NCBI GenBank assembly: GCA_045567855.1
Contig: JBJLCC010000022.1
Coordinates: 1-32,927, forward strand
DNA: 32,927 nucleotides
Direction: 5' to 3'
DNA from: Candidatus Poseidoniales archaeon
GTDB lineage: Archaea; Thermoplasmatota; Poseidoniia; MGIII; CG-Epi1
In this document: piece by piece, positions 17,363 to 26,294 of the stretch
Numbering within the stretch: position 1 is the first letter of the stretch
Layout: the number at the start of each line of letters is the position of its first letter
Notes under the pieces: generated by a model
The model's input: the letters and a program-made list of their open reading frames with translations, nothing else
Databases searched by the model: none
Told to the model about the DNA's origin: nothing
Translations under genes and position numbers: made by a program

Positions 17363-18889
17363 TTAGTTCAGGGATTTTCTGAAATCAATAATTCCTTCTC
17401 TTACAATTGAAACTATCAAATCAATTTCTTCAGAAGTTATTCCAAAATGTGATGTAAATCTTAGTGCGTTAATTCCTCCATGAATTACACCAAGACCTCT
17501 TCGTCGGCACCAGGGCTCAATTCCATCAAAGCCTACTACAGGCATCTCTGGCCTAAGCTCTGCGCTACACAATAATCCCGTTCCTTGGACTTTAAGGACC
17601 TCCTCTGGAAACTCAGTCATCAAGCCATTCAACTTAGCAACAAATTCTTTTCCTCTTTCCTTAATATTTGTACGCAATTCTGGAGTAATACTTTCCAACA
17701 CACTTACCGCAGTTTCCAATGCCCGAGGATTAGTTGTCATCGTATTTCCGTAAATTCCATTAACGTATAATTCAGAAGCTTTTGAATTCATACCTAAAAC
17801 AGACAAAGGATATTGGCCTGCATTAAGTGCCTTTGACCATGTTTCCAAATCTGGAGCTTCACAATCTTCAAACCCTTCATAATCAATAACGGAAAGGCAG
17901 CCTTGACCTCTAAATCCAGCTTGAATTGAATCAATTAACAATAAAGAACCATGCTCGGCTGTCAACCTTCTGGCTTCATCATAAAATTCTCGTGTGATGC
18001 ACTGCCCAGGATTACCTTCTCCTTGTACAGGTTCAATAGCCATTAATTCAATAAAAACATTATTATTATTGGCATGTTCAAAGATATCTCGTAAAGCTTC
18101 CAAATCATTAGGAGGAACTAAATACAAATTATCTCTATCTCTGAATGAGGCTAAATGTTTGTCGTAACTGCCCTTACAAGAATGTGACAGTTGCGCAGGC
18201 CTATCAGTTCTACCATGAAAACCGTGCTCAACTGCTAACAATTTTATTTCTTTGCCTTCATGCTTGCCTCCAGACGAAGTATGATTGAAGGAGTTCACAT
18301 CTGCAATTCTCAAACTCACTGAAACTGACTCTGAACCACTATTAACACATATGTACCTATCAAATGGACAATGACCTCTGGTATGTCCTAACTCTTTGTT
18401 TAACGCATCGACAAATCTTTGCTGAGAAAAGGATGCTGTCATTACATTAGCCATAACCCAATTTCTTGACATCGATGAAACTATGCTCTTTGGACCATGA
18501 CCTGAACCTAACATCCCATAACCTCCATTATCATGTACAACTGCACCATGTGAAGTGACTATCCATGGACCTTGTGCACTAATCGCTACATATGGATTAA
18601 TTGTAGCTGGAGCATAAAAATTAACAAAACCTTCTTGTAAATATTTAACAAGATCTTGTTCTGCCTTCATAAGAACATCACTACCTATTGTTTCTCTCAA
18701 TGAAATATGATAATCATGAGCTTGGGTTATCGCTTCTTTCAAACTAGAATCTAAGGAGATAAAGGTTAAAATTTCAGAGTTTCTAAGACCTTTAGTGTCT
18801 GATTTACCACTGTTTCTTCTAATATCTTCTAATTTTAAAAAATATTTATCTTCAAGATATTCCGAATTGTCCTGAGATGCTGCTCGCAT
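17363..18889 (-). CDS. Class III PLP-dependent aminotransferase (lysine-6/ornithine aminotransferase-like)
   Basis: GFHGRT, IEPVQGEG, LLIDSIQAG and WSKAL (PLP lysine) motifs; about 100-aa N-terminal extension. Confidence 0.88.
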   Translation of the reverse strand: MRAASQDNSEYLEDKYFLKLEDIRRNSGKSDTKGLRNSEILTFISLDSSLKEAITQAHDYHISLRETIGSDVLMKAEQDLVKYLQEGFVNFYAPATINPYVAISAQGPWIVTSHGAVVHDNGGYGMLGSGHGPKSIVSSMSRNWVMANVMTASFSQQRFVDALNKELGHTRGHCPFDRYICVNSGSESVSVSLRIADVNSFNHTSSGGKHEGKEIKLLAVEHGFHGRTDRPAQLSHSCKGSYDKHLASFRDRDNLYLVPPNDLEALRDIFEHANNNNVFIELMAIEPVQGEGNPGQCITREFYDEARRLTAEHGSLLLIDSIQAGFRGQGCLSVIDYEGFEDCEAPDLETWSKALNAGQYPLSVLGMNSKASELYVNGIYGNTMTTNPRALETAVSVLESITPELRTNIKERGKEFVAKLNGLMTEFPEEVLKVQGTGLLCSAELRPEMPVVGFDGIEPWCRRRGLGVIHGGINALRFTSHFGITSEEIDLIVSIVREGIIDFRKSLN

Positions 18890-18912
18890 ACTTTGGTATT
18901 ATCTCTGCATTA

Positions 18913-19326
18913 TTAAAGGAGGGGGTCCTTGTGACCAATACTAAAAGCAAATGTAGGTAACTCCTCAACGCAGGAAATCTCACTGGCTGTAACTTTTGAC
19001 AAAAGCTTTCTTAATTTATCATTAGGTATTAAATCACAAGATTCTCCATATGAAATAAGCTGTTTAGCAAGCTTATTTCCAGTTTTATCCCAGTCCATAA
19101 GAATTATGAATTCTGAAGACCTACCAAATAATCGTGAAATACGCTCAACAGTTGATAAGACTGATTTACCATCGTTAATTTCAATAATTTCCCCATCAAT
19201 ACCCAATTTTCTCAGTGCACGTGTATCTCTCTTGCCTTCTACAACAATAGGGCAACTAAGTGATTTCAATTCATCCCAAATCTTTTGGAAATGAAGTGCT
19301 CGTTTTTCTTTACTCACGTAAACCAT
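18913..19326 (-). CDS. Small stand-alone TOPRIM-domain protein
   Basis: IVVEGKRD and LMDWDKTG motifs. ATG at 19326 is preferred because the GTG at 19359 overlaps the likely TATA box. Confidence 0.85.
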   Translation of the reverse strand: MVYVSKEKRALHFQKIWDELKSLSCPIVVEGKRDTRALRKLGIDGEIIEINDGKSVLSTVERISRLFGRSSEFIILMDWDKTGNKLAKQLISYGESCDLIPNDKLRKLLSKVTASEISCVEELPTFAFSIGHKDPLL

Positions 19327-19415
19327 AGCAAACTCTCTCTCATTTGGTATTGAAGTCACATATAATTAGGATGGCCTAGACCTTAATTTTTAAGTTAGGG
19401 CTTCTCTCAAGGGTA

Positions 19416-20132
19416 ATGATTAGAGTAGCAGGATTAACAAAATATTACAGTGGTAAACCTGCAGCAAAGAATATTACATTTAACGTAGAAAAAGGCGAAG
19501 TTTTTGGATTGCTAGGGACAAATGGTGCAGGAAAATCTACAACAATAAAAATGCTCTGTGGATTACTAAAACCTAGTAAAGGAATCGTAAGCATTGGAGG
19601 TATTGATTTGCAACGAACGCCGCTCAAGGCTAAATCAATAATGGGCTATCTACCTGAGAATCCATTACTCTACGATAAACTAACTGGAGCTGAAAGCTTA
19701 GAGCTAATCGGAAAATTACGCAAATTATCTAGTGATATGATAAAACAACGTGTTACTTACTATGCTAAAGCACTAGGCCTAGGTGACCAAATTTACCAAG
19801 AGATTGGTACTTACTCTAAGGGAATGAAACAAAAAATAGCTATTGCTATGACTCTAATACATGATCCTGAAATGGTACTACTTGATGAGCCCGCAAGTGG
19901 ATTAGATCCGAGATACACAAAATTATTGAAAGATTGGATTAAAAATCTTTCAGCAAACGGAAAAACCGTTCTATTATCAACACATATAATTGAAATGGCT
20001 GAAAACCTTTGTACTAAAGTAGCAATTATAGATAAAGGACAACTTTTGGCAGTGGGCACTGTACAAGAGATACAAGCTAGTACTGGAGTCAATAACTTAG
20101 AAGATGCCTTCATCCGACTCATCGGCGATTAG
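19416..20132 (+). CDS. ABC transporter ATP-binding subunit (ABC-2/export type)
   Basis: Walker A GTNGAGKST, signature YSKGMKQK, Walker B VLLDEP, H-loop STH. Confidence 0.95.
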   Translation: MIRVAGLTKYYSGKPAAKNITFNVEKGEVFGLLGTNGAGKSTTIKMLCGLLKPSKGIVSIGGIDLQRTPLKAKSIMGYLPENPLLYDKLTGAESLELIGKLRKLSSDMIKQRVTYYAKALGLGDQIYQEIGTYSKGMKQKIAIAMTLIHDPEMVLLDEPASGLDPRYTKLLKDWIKNLSANGKTVLLSTHIIEMAENLCTKVAIIDKGQLLAVGTVQEIQASTGVNNLEDAFIRLIGD

Positions 20133-20770
20133 ATAATCTGAACTTTACCAGTCTTTTCCTGACACAGAACTACTATCTTACGGGCCCAAGACAATTTTTG
20201 AAGTTTTTTAGGACTAAATTTACCAGTGTAGTCTCCAACTTTTTGAAAATTAAATCCTACTAGATTAACTAGACTTGAACCCACTGATAAGGACATCATC
20301 AATGATCTATCTCCATCTGTAAATCCGCCCCAGCAGTCTGTAGTGGAAGAAGGATAGGTTGTTGTCAAACTAATTGCTTGAATCTCCGAGGAAAATTCAA
20401 AAATCCTTGAAAGATTATCTCCATGAGCATGTACTACCATCTTCGAACCTTTCTTATTCGCCCAAACCATTTCGGGTAAATTACCATCTAAATCTGTAAC
20501 TATAATATCTGGAATTAAATTTCTTTCTAAACAAGCTGAAACTGCGCCATCCGCTGCAATTAAGACACCTTGTGGAATCTTATCAGTATGAGTTATACCT
20601 GCACCAACAATCGTTACTGGATTACCTGATAACAATTTAGATAGATTACCTCTAGGTTTGTACAATCTCGAGATTAAACGTGACGAAACTTCTTCTCGAG
20701 ACTTAGAGAAACCAAATTGGGAATTTATCTCCTCTTGTAGAGGCCACCACCAGTCTATCGCGAAAGACAA
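20129..20770 (-). CDS. mptE: 6-hydroxymethyl-7,8-dihydropterin pyrophosphokinase (DUF115)
   Basis: IAADGA, PDIIVTDLDG, VVHAHGDN and GGFTDGDR motifs; TTG start. Confidence 0.85.
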   Translation of the reverse strand: MSFAIDWWWPLQEEINSQFGFSKSREEVSSRLISRLYKPRGNLSKLLSGNPVTIVGAGITHTDKIPQGVLIAADGAVSACLERNLIPDIIVTDLDGNLPEMVWANKKGSKMVVHAHGDNLSRIFEFSSEIQAISLTTTYPSSTTDCWGGFTDGDRSLMMSLSVGSSLVNLVGFNFQKVGDYTGKFSPKKLQKLSWARKIVVLCQEKTGKVQII

Positions 20771-20794
20771 CTAAATCTAATTTTTAGATATTGC

Positions 20795-23700
20795 CTATAA
20801 GGCGTTGCCGTCTTCGTCACAAGGAACTTCTTCACCTGTGTCTGGATCTATGTAGTAGAATGAACCATCTTCATCTTCGTAAATTTCCACTTCATATTCA
20901 TCATCTCCACCGATGTCTCCGAAATCTCCGAAGTCAGCATCGGACATTGATCCACCTGATGCTGCTGCGCTTAACATATTCATGATGTTATTTTCAACTG
21001 CTGCTGCATCTCTAGCTTCTTTTGATGTTTCTAAAGCATCAATTTTACGCTTGGTAGATTCGTAGGATTCAGTCATCTCTGTTAGCTTCTCTAATTGCTC
21101 ATCGCGTTCCATCTTCAGAATACGTGCAAGATGCTTTTCAATTTTTGATAAGTCATCACGTGCTGCAACTAATCTTGCTAAAGACTCATGGAATCTTTCT
21201 GCAACCATTTCTATATCTGGATCTTCCAAATCAAGTTGCATTTCCTCATCCTTCTTTTGGCGTGCTTCTTCAGCAGCTTCCAGCTCTTTGAGTTTATCTT
21301 CTGCAGCTATTTCCTGGGCTTTTACCAGTATGCTATTGAAAGCGCTAATATGCTCTTCCAATTTTGTCGCTGCACGGGATGCATCATAAGCTGAGACTTC
21401 CATAAGTTCTTCACGCTCAGATATACTTTCCATGCGGCGCTCTACGCTCTCTAATCTTTGTCGGTCTCTTTCGTTCATTTCTTCGTCACCTGCTATTTCA
21501 CCTTGTTGCATTTTGAATGCTGTTCCTGATAAGATTGCTCCTAACAAGAAAAATCCAAGTAATGCTATTAGGTTGTAAGTATAAGAATTACCTTCCAACG
21601 ACACCATTTCATCGCCAACGGAGACTGCTACTGTCTGTGAAGTACTGCCTCCTGAATTATCATATGCTGTTGCAACAACATCAAAATTACCCGATCCCGA
21701 GTACGTATGTGTTGCAGTAACTGTTTGTCCACTGAAATCTGAAGACTGGAATGTTTGTGATTCTCCATCTCCGAATTCAATTACAAAGTGTGTTACTGTG
21801 CCATCAGCATCAGTTGGTATTGTGAATGAGAACTGCTGTTCTGTACCTTGTACAGGATTATCTAGTGTAGGTACTCCTACGCTTGGGTTACTGTTAGCTA
21901 TTGTAGTATCAAATGTATGCGTTCCAGTCTGCCCGTTTGCATCTACATAGTCCAAAGTTGTTGTCCATGTTCCTGCATTAGAATATGCTGAACCGTCCCA
22001 TGAGTCCATATCATAAGTACAAGTTGCACCTGAATTGCTACATTCTGCGAGGCCCCAAGCACTCATATCCGTGTTGAAAGTCCTTGCAGTCAGGCTGAAC
22101 TCATGCGTATCAAAGCTAAAATCAACATTGTCTGAAATGGTAAATGATTGATCTCCACTAGCTGATGCCATGATCATGAAAGTGACATCTTGAGTTGCAC
22201 CTGCTGCCAAAATGTATTCAGAAGTTGCAAAGCTAACCGAATCAGTCATAGAGGTTACAATGTATGTTGTTGTTACGTCACCAGTGTTAGTGATTGTAGC
22301 CGTTCCTTGTCCAACTGTACCTTCATTAATAGTGTATGAACCAACTCCAGTAATTGTTAAAGATCTGGTTGATGAAGCAACTACTACGTTATAAGAGTCT
22401 GAGTCTGCAGCTCCAGTAGATGTTGCTGATATGCCTATCGAAGTAGATGCTGCACTAGCTGCATCTGCAGGAATTCCAACTGTAATATCAACTGTACCTA
22501 AACCTGAAGATCCAGATGACAAGGATATAGTGTCAACTGATTTAGAATTAGCCCAAACTCCACTGTGTCCAATCGTAAAAGTATCAAAACCATTACCTGT
22601 GTTTGTCACTGTAAATGACAGAACTCCAGAACCACCGGGATTCAATCCGGTCAAGGTTCCTGCGGTAACTGTTACACCGTATACTTGATTTGCAGTAGTT
22701 GTAACTGATTCGGAATCGCCATTGACTACACTGAACGTTACAGCGCCTGTAGCACCTGCAACTGCATTAGCTGGAATAGTTTGAGTTACAGAAAGGGTAG
22801 CTGATTCGCCCATTCCCAATGTGGTGTCGCCGCCTACGTTGTCAATATTCCAAGATGAAGAAATTGTGTAAAACATCTTCTCTTCTACGTTACCTGTATT
22901 TAAAATTGTAAAGTGATAAGTCACTGTATCACCGGGATCTCCAGAAACGTCGGTGTCTCCAGTTAATGAATGGCCTGTTACTGAATCAACTAAGATAACA
23001 TCATTAGCTGAATTTTCTACTGAAACATTGTTAGAAGCTACTGCAGTTACAGTCCATGGATCTTGAATACCTGCAGCTACAAGAGGAACGGAAACAGGAA
23101 CATCAAAGTCTACTGAGCTGCCATAACCGACAGTGACTGGAGAAACCGTACCAAGCCACCCATTCAAACTATCTGTAGATATTGTGAAAACATCTTCTGA
23201 ATTACCATTGTTAGCTATTGTAAATGTAATTGTATTTTCACCTGGCAGTAGACTCATGCCTGAGTTTATTGTAAATTCAAAGCTACTTGTCCTATTAACG
23301 TCAATTACACTTCCAAAATCTGCTGGAACTACTTCGCCATACGTATCATTTACCTGGAAAGTAACTGTTCGAATGCCGCCTCTCTCGTCGATGATAGCTG
23401 ACTCAGCAATTGTGACAGTATAATTCGAATCTACATCAAAATTCATTTCAAATGGAGATGCACTGTGCTCTACGATTGCATGAACTGATAGAGAATCTCC
23501 AGCAACTATATTGACATCGTCTACGGTAACATTAATAATAAAATTAGAATCTATTTTTCTTGCTGAGCTATCAGAAACCACAGGTAAATCATTAATAGTA
23601 ACTGGAGTTGAAGGTAAATTGTCTCCTGCTTCTTCAGCATTAGATACTGAAAATACAACGCTTTGTTCTGTAGCACTCCAATCTACTGTCTTATTAACAA

Positions 23701-24676
23701 AATAAGTGTTACCTACGCCCGGCGCACAGTCTGCGTCCGCAGATCCGCCTTCTTCCAAGTCATGAGAAACTCCGCCCACGTTTACTGATACTGAAGGCCC
23801 AAGCTGTACTGTGAATACACAATAAACCACACTAAATGCAACTTCATCTGTAGTACCTGCTGAGGTTGGATTTACTAAACTATTTACTAACCATGGAGTT
23901 TCAGTATCAACCGAAAAAGAAACTGTTCTATTGTCTTCAATGACATCGAAACCATCTGAACCACTAACTGTAGCTGTAAGTGCACCACCTAAAGCTGTTG
24001 TAAAAGTTGATGAATATACTGCACCTAATGTGTTGTCTCCTCCTACTTCTTTTGTTAGGCTAAACTGGGTTTCACAGTTTGTTGGATTGCTATTCTCACA
24101 AACCTTTGCAAAAAGTGCACCATCATGATCATCTGCATCAGTATAAGTAATTGAGAGAGTTCTAGTTGAATATGGCATATCAACGCCAGTTACAGCCCCA
24201 TTATCGGTTAATTCTGCTAATGTATTAACCCTGACATTAGTATTGGCAATTACTGTCTCAAAACTTCCTTCCGAAGTGGTCACTTTAAATCCATAATGAA
24301 TTATTTCATTACCGGGCGCAAAAACTACCTGGCTTGCAAATGTATTATCTGGAGTTGACCAATTACCATCTAGTTGAGCTCCAGCACCATCACAAGTATC
24401 CACATCATCAGTACATACAAGCTCAATTTCGTCCGTCCAAGAACCATCAGGGTCGCCAAAAACAGCAACAAAAGTTCCTTCAGTTATAGTTTCAGAGTCA
24501 CTTTCCGAACCAAAAGTTATAGTAAAAGCCATATTTTGACTAGCATCTACTCTACTGTCTCCCGAAGGTTCAAAATTAGCAAAATTTAGTGTAGCAGCTT
24601 CTGAATTTCCCACCATGAAAATGGACAATATCACTAGCGCTAAAGCAGACATTAATGCGGCACGTTTGTTTATCAT
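20795..24676 (-). CDS. 1293-aa type I membrane surface protein: Ig-like/PKD ectodomain, one TM helix, cytoplasmic coiled coil and acidic tail
   Basis: Signal peptide; four NxGN/NTGD modules; PKD motif EFGDG..THTYSGSGNFDV; TM YNLIALLGFFLLGAILSGTAF; then about 230 aa of charged helices and an acidic end. Confidence 0.85.
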   Translation of the reverse strand: MINKRAALMSALALVILSIFMVGNSEAATLNFANFEPSGDSRVDASQNMAFTITFGSESDSETITEGTFVAVFGDPDGSWTDEIELVCTDDVDTCDGAGAQLDGNWSTPDNTFASQVVFAPGNEIIHYGFKVTTSEGSFETVIANTNVRVNTLAELTDNGAVTGVDMPYSTRTLSITYTDADDHDGALFAKVCENSNPTNCETQFSLTKEVGGDNTLGAVYSSTFTTALGGALTATVSGSDGFDVIEDNRTVSFSVDTETPWLVNSLVNPTSAGTTDEVAFSVVYCVFTVQLGPSVSVNVGGVSHDLEEGGSADADCAPGVGNTYFVNKTVDWSATEQSVVFSVSNAEEAGDNLPSTPVTINDLPVVSDSSARKIDSNFIINVTVDDVNIVAGDSLSVHAIVEHSASPFEMNFDVDSNYTVTIAESAIIDERGGIRTVTFQVNDTYGEVVPADFGSVIDVNRTSSFEFTINSGMSLLPGENTITFTIANNGNSEDVFTISTDSLNGWLGTVSPVTVGYGSSVDFDVPVSVPLVAAGIQDPWTVTAVASNNVSVENSANDVILVDSVTGHSLTGDTDVSGDPGDTVTYHFTILNTGNVEEKMFYTISSSWNIDNVGGDTTLGMGESATLSVTQTIPANAVAGATGAVTFSVVNGDSESVTTTANQVYGVTVTAGTLTGLNPGGSGVLSFTVTNTGNGFDTFTIGHSGVWANSKSVDTISLSSGSSGLGTVDITVGIPADAASAASTSIGISATSTGAADSDSYNVVVASSTRSLTITGVGSYTINEGTVGQGTATITNTGDVTTTYIVTSMTDSVSFATSEYILAAGATQDVTFMIMASASGDQSFTISDNVDFSFDTHEFSLTARTFNTDMSAWGLAECSNSGATCTYDMDSWDGSAYSNAGTWTTTLDYVDANGQTGTHTFDTTIANSNPSVGVPTLDNPVQGTEQQFSFTIPTDADGTVTHFVIEFGDGESQTFQSSDFSGQTVTATHTYSGSGNFDVVATAYDNSGGSTSQTVAVSVGDEMVSLEGNSYTYNLIALLGFFLLGAILSGTAFKMQQGEIAGDEEMNERDRQRLESVERRMESISEREELMEVSAYDASRAATKLEEHISAFNSILVKAQEIAAEDKLKELEAAEEARQKKDEEMQLDLEDPDIEMVAERFHESLARLVAARDDLSKIEKHLARILKMERDEQLEKLTEMTESYESTKRKIDALETSKEARDAAAVENNIMNMLSAAASGGSMSDADFGDFGDIGGDDEYEVEIYEDEDGSFYYIDPDTGEEVPCDEDGNAL

Positions 24677-24704
24677 TTGTACACCAATTGCATGAAACTA
24701 AAAA

Positions 24705-24725
24705 CCCGTAAATGACATTTACTGG
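24705..24725. promoter_or_regulatory. Near-perfect palindrome in the predicted 5' leader of the 1293-aa gene
   Basis: CC-C-GTAAATG-A-CATTTAC-T-GG, with perfect 7-bp arms at 24708-24722. Confidence 0.55.
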
Positions 24726-24759
24726 CTTAAAGCTCAGGTACTGTACTACAATCGCTCTT

Positions 24760-24767
24760 TATATAAA
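24760..24767 (-). promoter_or_regulatory. Putative TATA box for the 1293-aa gene
   Basis: TTTATATA on the minus strand lies about 85-90 nt upstream of the ATG, implying a leader of about 60 nt. Confidence 0.5.
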
Positions 24768-24830
24768 TTTATTTGCTAATTGTGTGTAAAAAGAAATAAA
24801 TAACACTGCGGATGGATTACCTACGCTATA

Positions 24831-26294
24831 ATGTTAAATGGTTCCGCATTTCAGATAAACACTTCCGATACTGTCAAATGTATTTCTTCGTCAGAGGATG
24901 GCACCAAATTAGCGTTTGGAGACAATAGCGGTAAAATTCTTCTAGCCAATAACAAAGGTGACATTATCTGGGAAAAAAATACAGGGGAAGGCACATATGG
25001 AATTGCCATAATGAAGGATGGAAATAGAGTAGTGTGTGGAGGTAAAGATTGTAAATTAAGAATGTTTAACTCCTTAGGAAATGTTGAATGGGAAGTGGAT
25101 GCTGGAAAAGCCATTTGGTCATTAGCTGTAGACCCAAATGGACAAGTTATTGTAATTGGGACTGGAGATTCAATAGCAATGTTTACAGAAAGTGGGTCTA
25201 AATTATGGGAGTATGAAACAAGAAGAGCAATGGTGGGAGTTGGTGCGTCGAGAAATGGAACAAATGTTGTAGCTTGCGGGGATGAATTTCTATATTGTTT
25301 AGACTCTGAAGGTAATTTATCATGGAAAAAGCAAAGAAGTGATGCATTATGGGACGTAGACATTGAAAAAGATGATAATTCCATTACTATAGGAGGATGG
25401 GATTGTACAATATACTCATTAGACTTACAAGGAAATGAAATATGGCATTTTGAAACTGAAGGATATGTTCGTTCTGTAAGGCCGCTAAATAATGGAGGTG
25501 TGCTCGCAGGATCACATGATAATAAAATCTACAAATTAAATGACAAGGGCGAAGTAACAAAAATATTCGAAACCTATAATGAGATTACATGTGTTTGCAC
25601 TAATTTATCTGCTGATTTAATCTATGCCGGTGCTGGCAATAACATATTGGCTTTCAATGGCGATGAAGGAATTATCTCTCCCTCGCCTGAAGAACATCAA
25701 TTGGATAACAAAGTGAACGCCGATGAGAGTACTTCTATTATTGAAGAAAAAGAAGATTACGAACCTATGTTTGGATTTGGAATGTTTGATGAACCAAGCC
25801 CAGACACTACTGAAATTTTAGAGAGGGAAAATTATAACGAAAGCAAATCTATTTCTTCATCTAATAATTATTCGGGTACTTCTGACAAGTACAGCACATA
25901 CCAAAATAGCAGCACTTCATATCAAGGAAATAGTGAGAATATTGACAGAGGCGGAGAATATAGAGAATTCGCAGCTAAAGTCCTAAAAGGAGACGTCAAA
26001 AACTACTTAAGGCTTGGCAATGCAGCATGGTCTGAAAAACGTCTAGAGAGGGCTGCAGAACATTTCAGAAAAGCAACTGAAATTGATTCAGAGGAACCAA
26101 GGGCTTGGCATAACTTAGCTGTTTGTAACTATCATCTTGCACTAAAAAGAAACCCAGACGATTTAGAAAGTGCTGTAGCAAGTGCATACGAACCACTCAA
26201 AGTTGCAAAAGAGAAGGGTGGTAACGAATATACTAACGTAGACAAAACTTTAGCATTTTTGGCATCACAAATAGGCATCGAAGAGAAAAACTAA
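24831..26294 (+). CDS. WD40/PQQ-like beta-propeller protein with acidic linker and C-terminal TPRs
   Basis: About seven 40-aa blades ending in G(N/S)xxW motifs, an acidic Ser-rich linker, and TPR motifs YLRLGN and AWHNLA. No signal peptide. Confidence 0.85.
   Translation: MLNGSAFQINTSDTVKCISSSEDGTKLAFGDNSGKILLANNKGDIIWEKNTGEGTYGIAIMKDGNRVVCGGKDCKLRMFNSLGNVEWEVDAGKAIWSLAVDPNGQVIVIGTGDSIAMFTESGSKLWEYETRRAMVGVGASRNGTNVVACGDEFLYCLDSEGNLSWKKQRSDALWDVDIEKDDNSITIGGWDCTIYSLDLQGNEIWHFETEGYVRSVRPLNNGGVLAGSHDNKIYKLNDKGEVTKIFETYNEITCVCTNLSADLIYAGAGNNILAFNGDEGIISPSPEEHQLDNKVNADESTSIIEEKEDYEPMFGFGMFDEPSPDTTEILERENYNESKSISSSNNYSGTSDKYSTYQNSSTSYQGNSENIDRGGEYREFAAKVLKGDVKNYLRLGNAAWSEKRLERAAEHFRKATEIDSEEPRAWHNLAVCNYHLALKRNPDDLESAVASAYEPLKVAKEKGGNEYTNVDKTLAFLASQIGIEEKN

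Noticed and set aside
20791-24589. Several short ORFs overlapping the 1293-aa gene
   Set aside because: They are shadow frames with no independent start signals or motifs.
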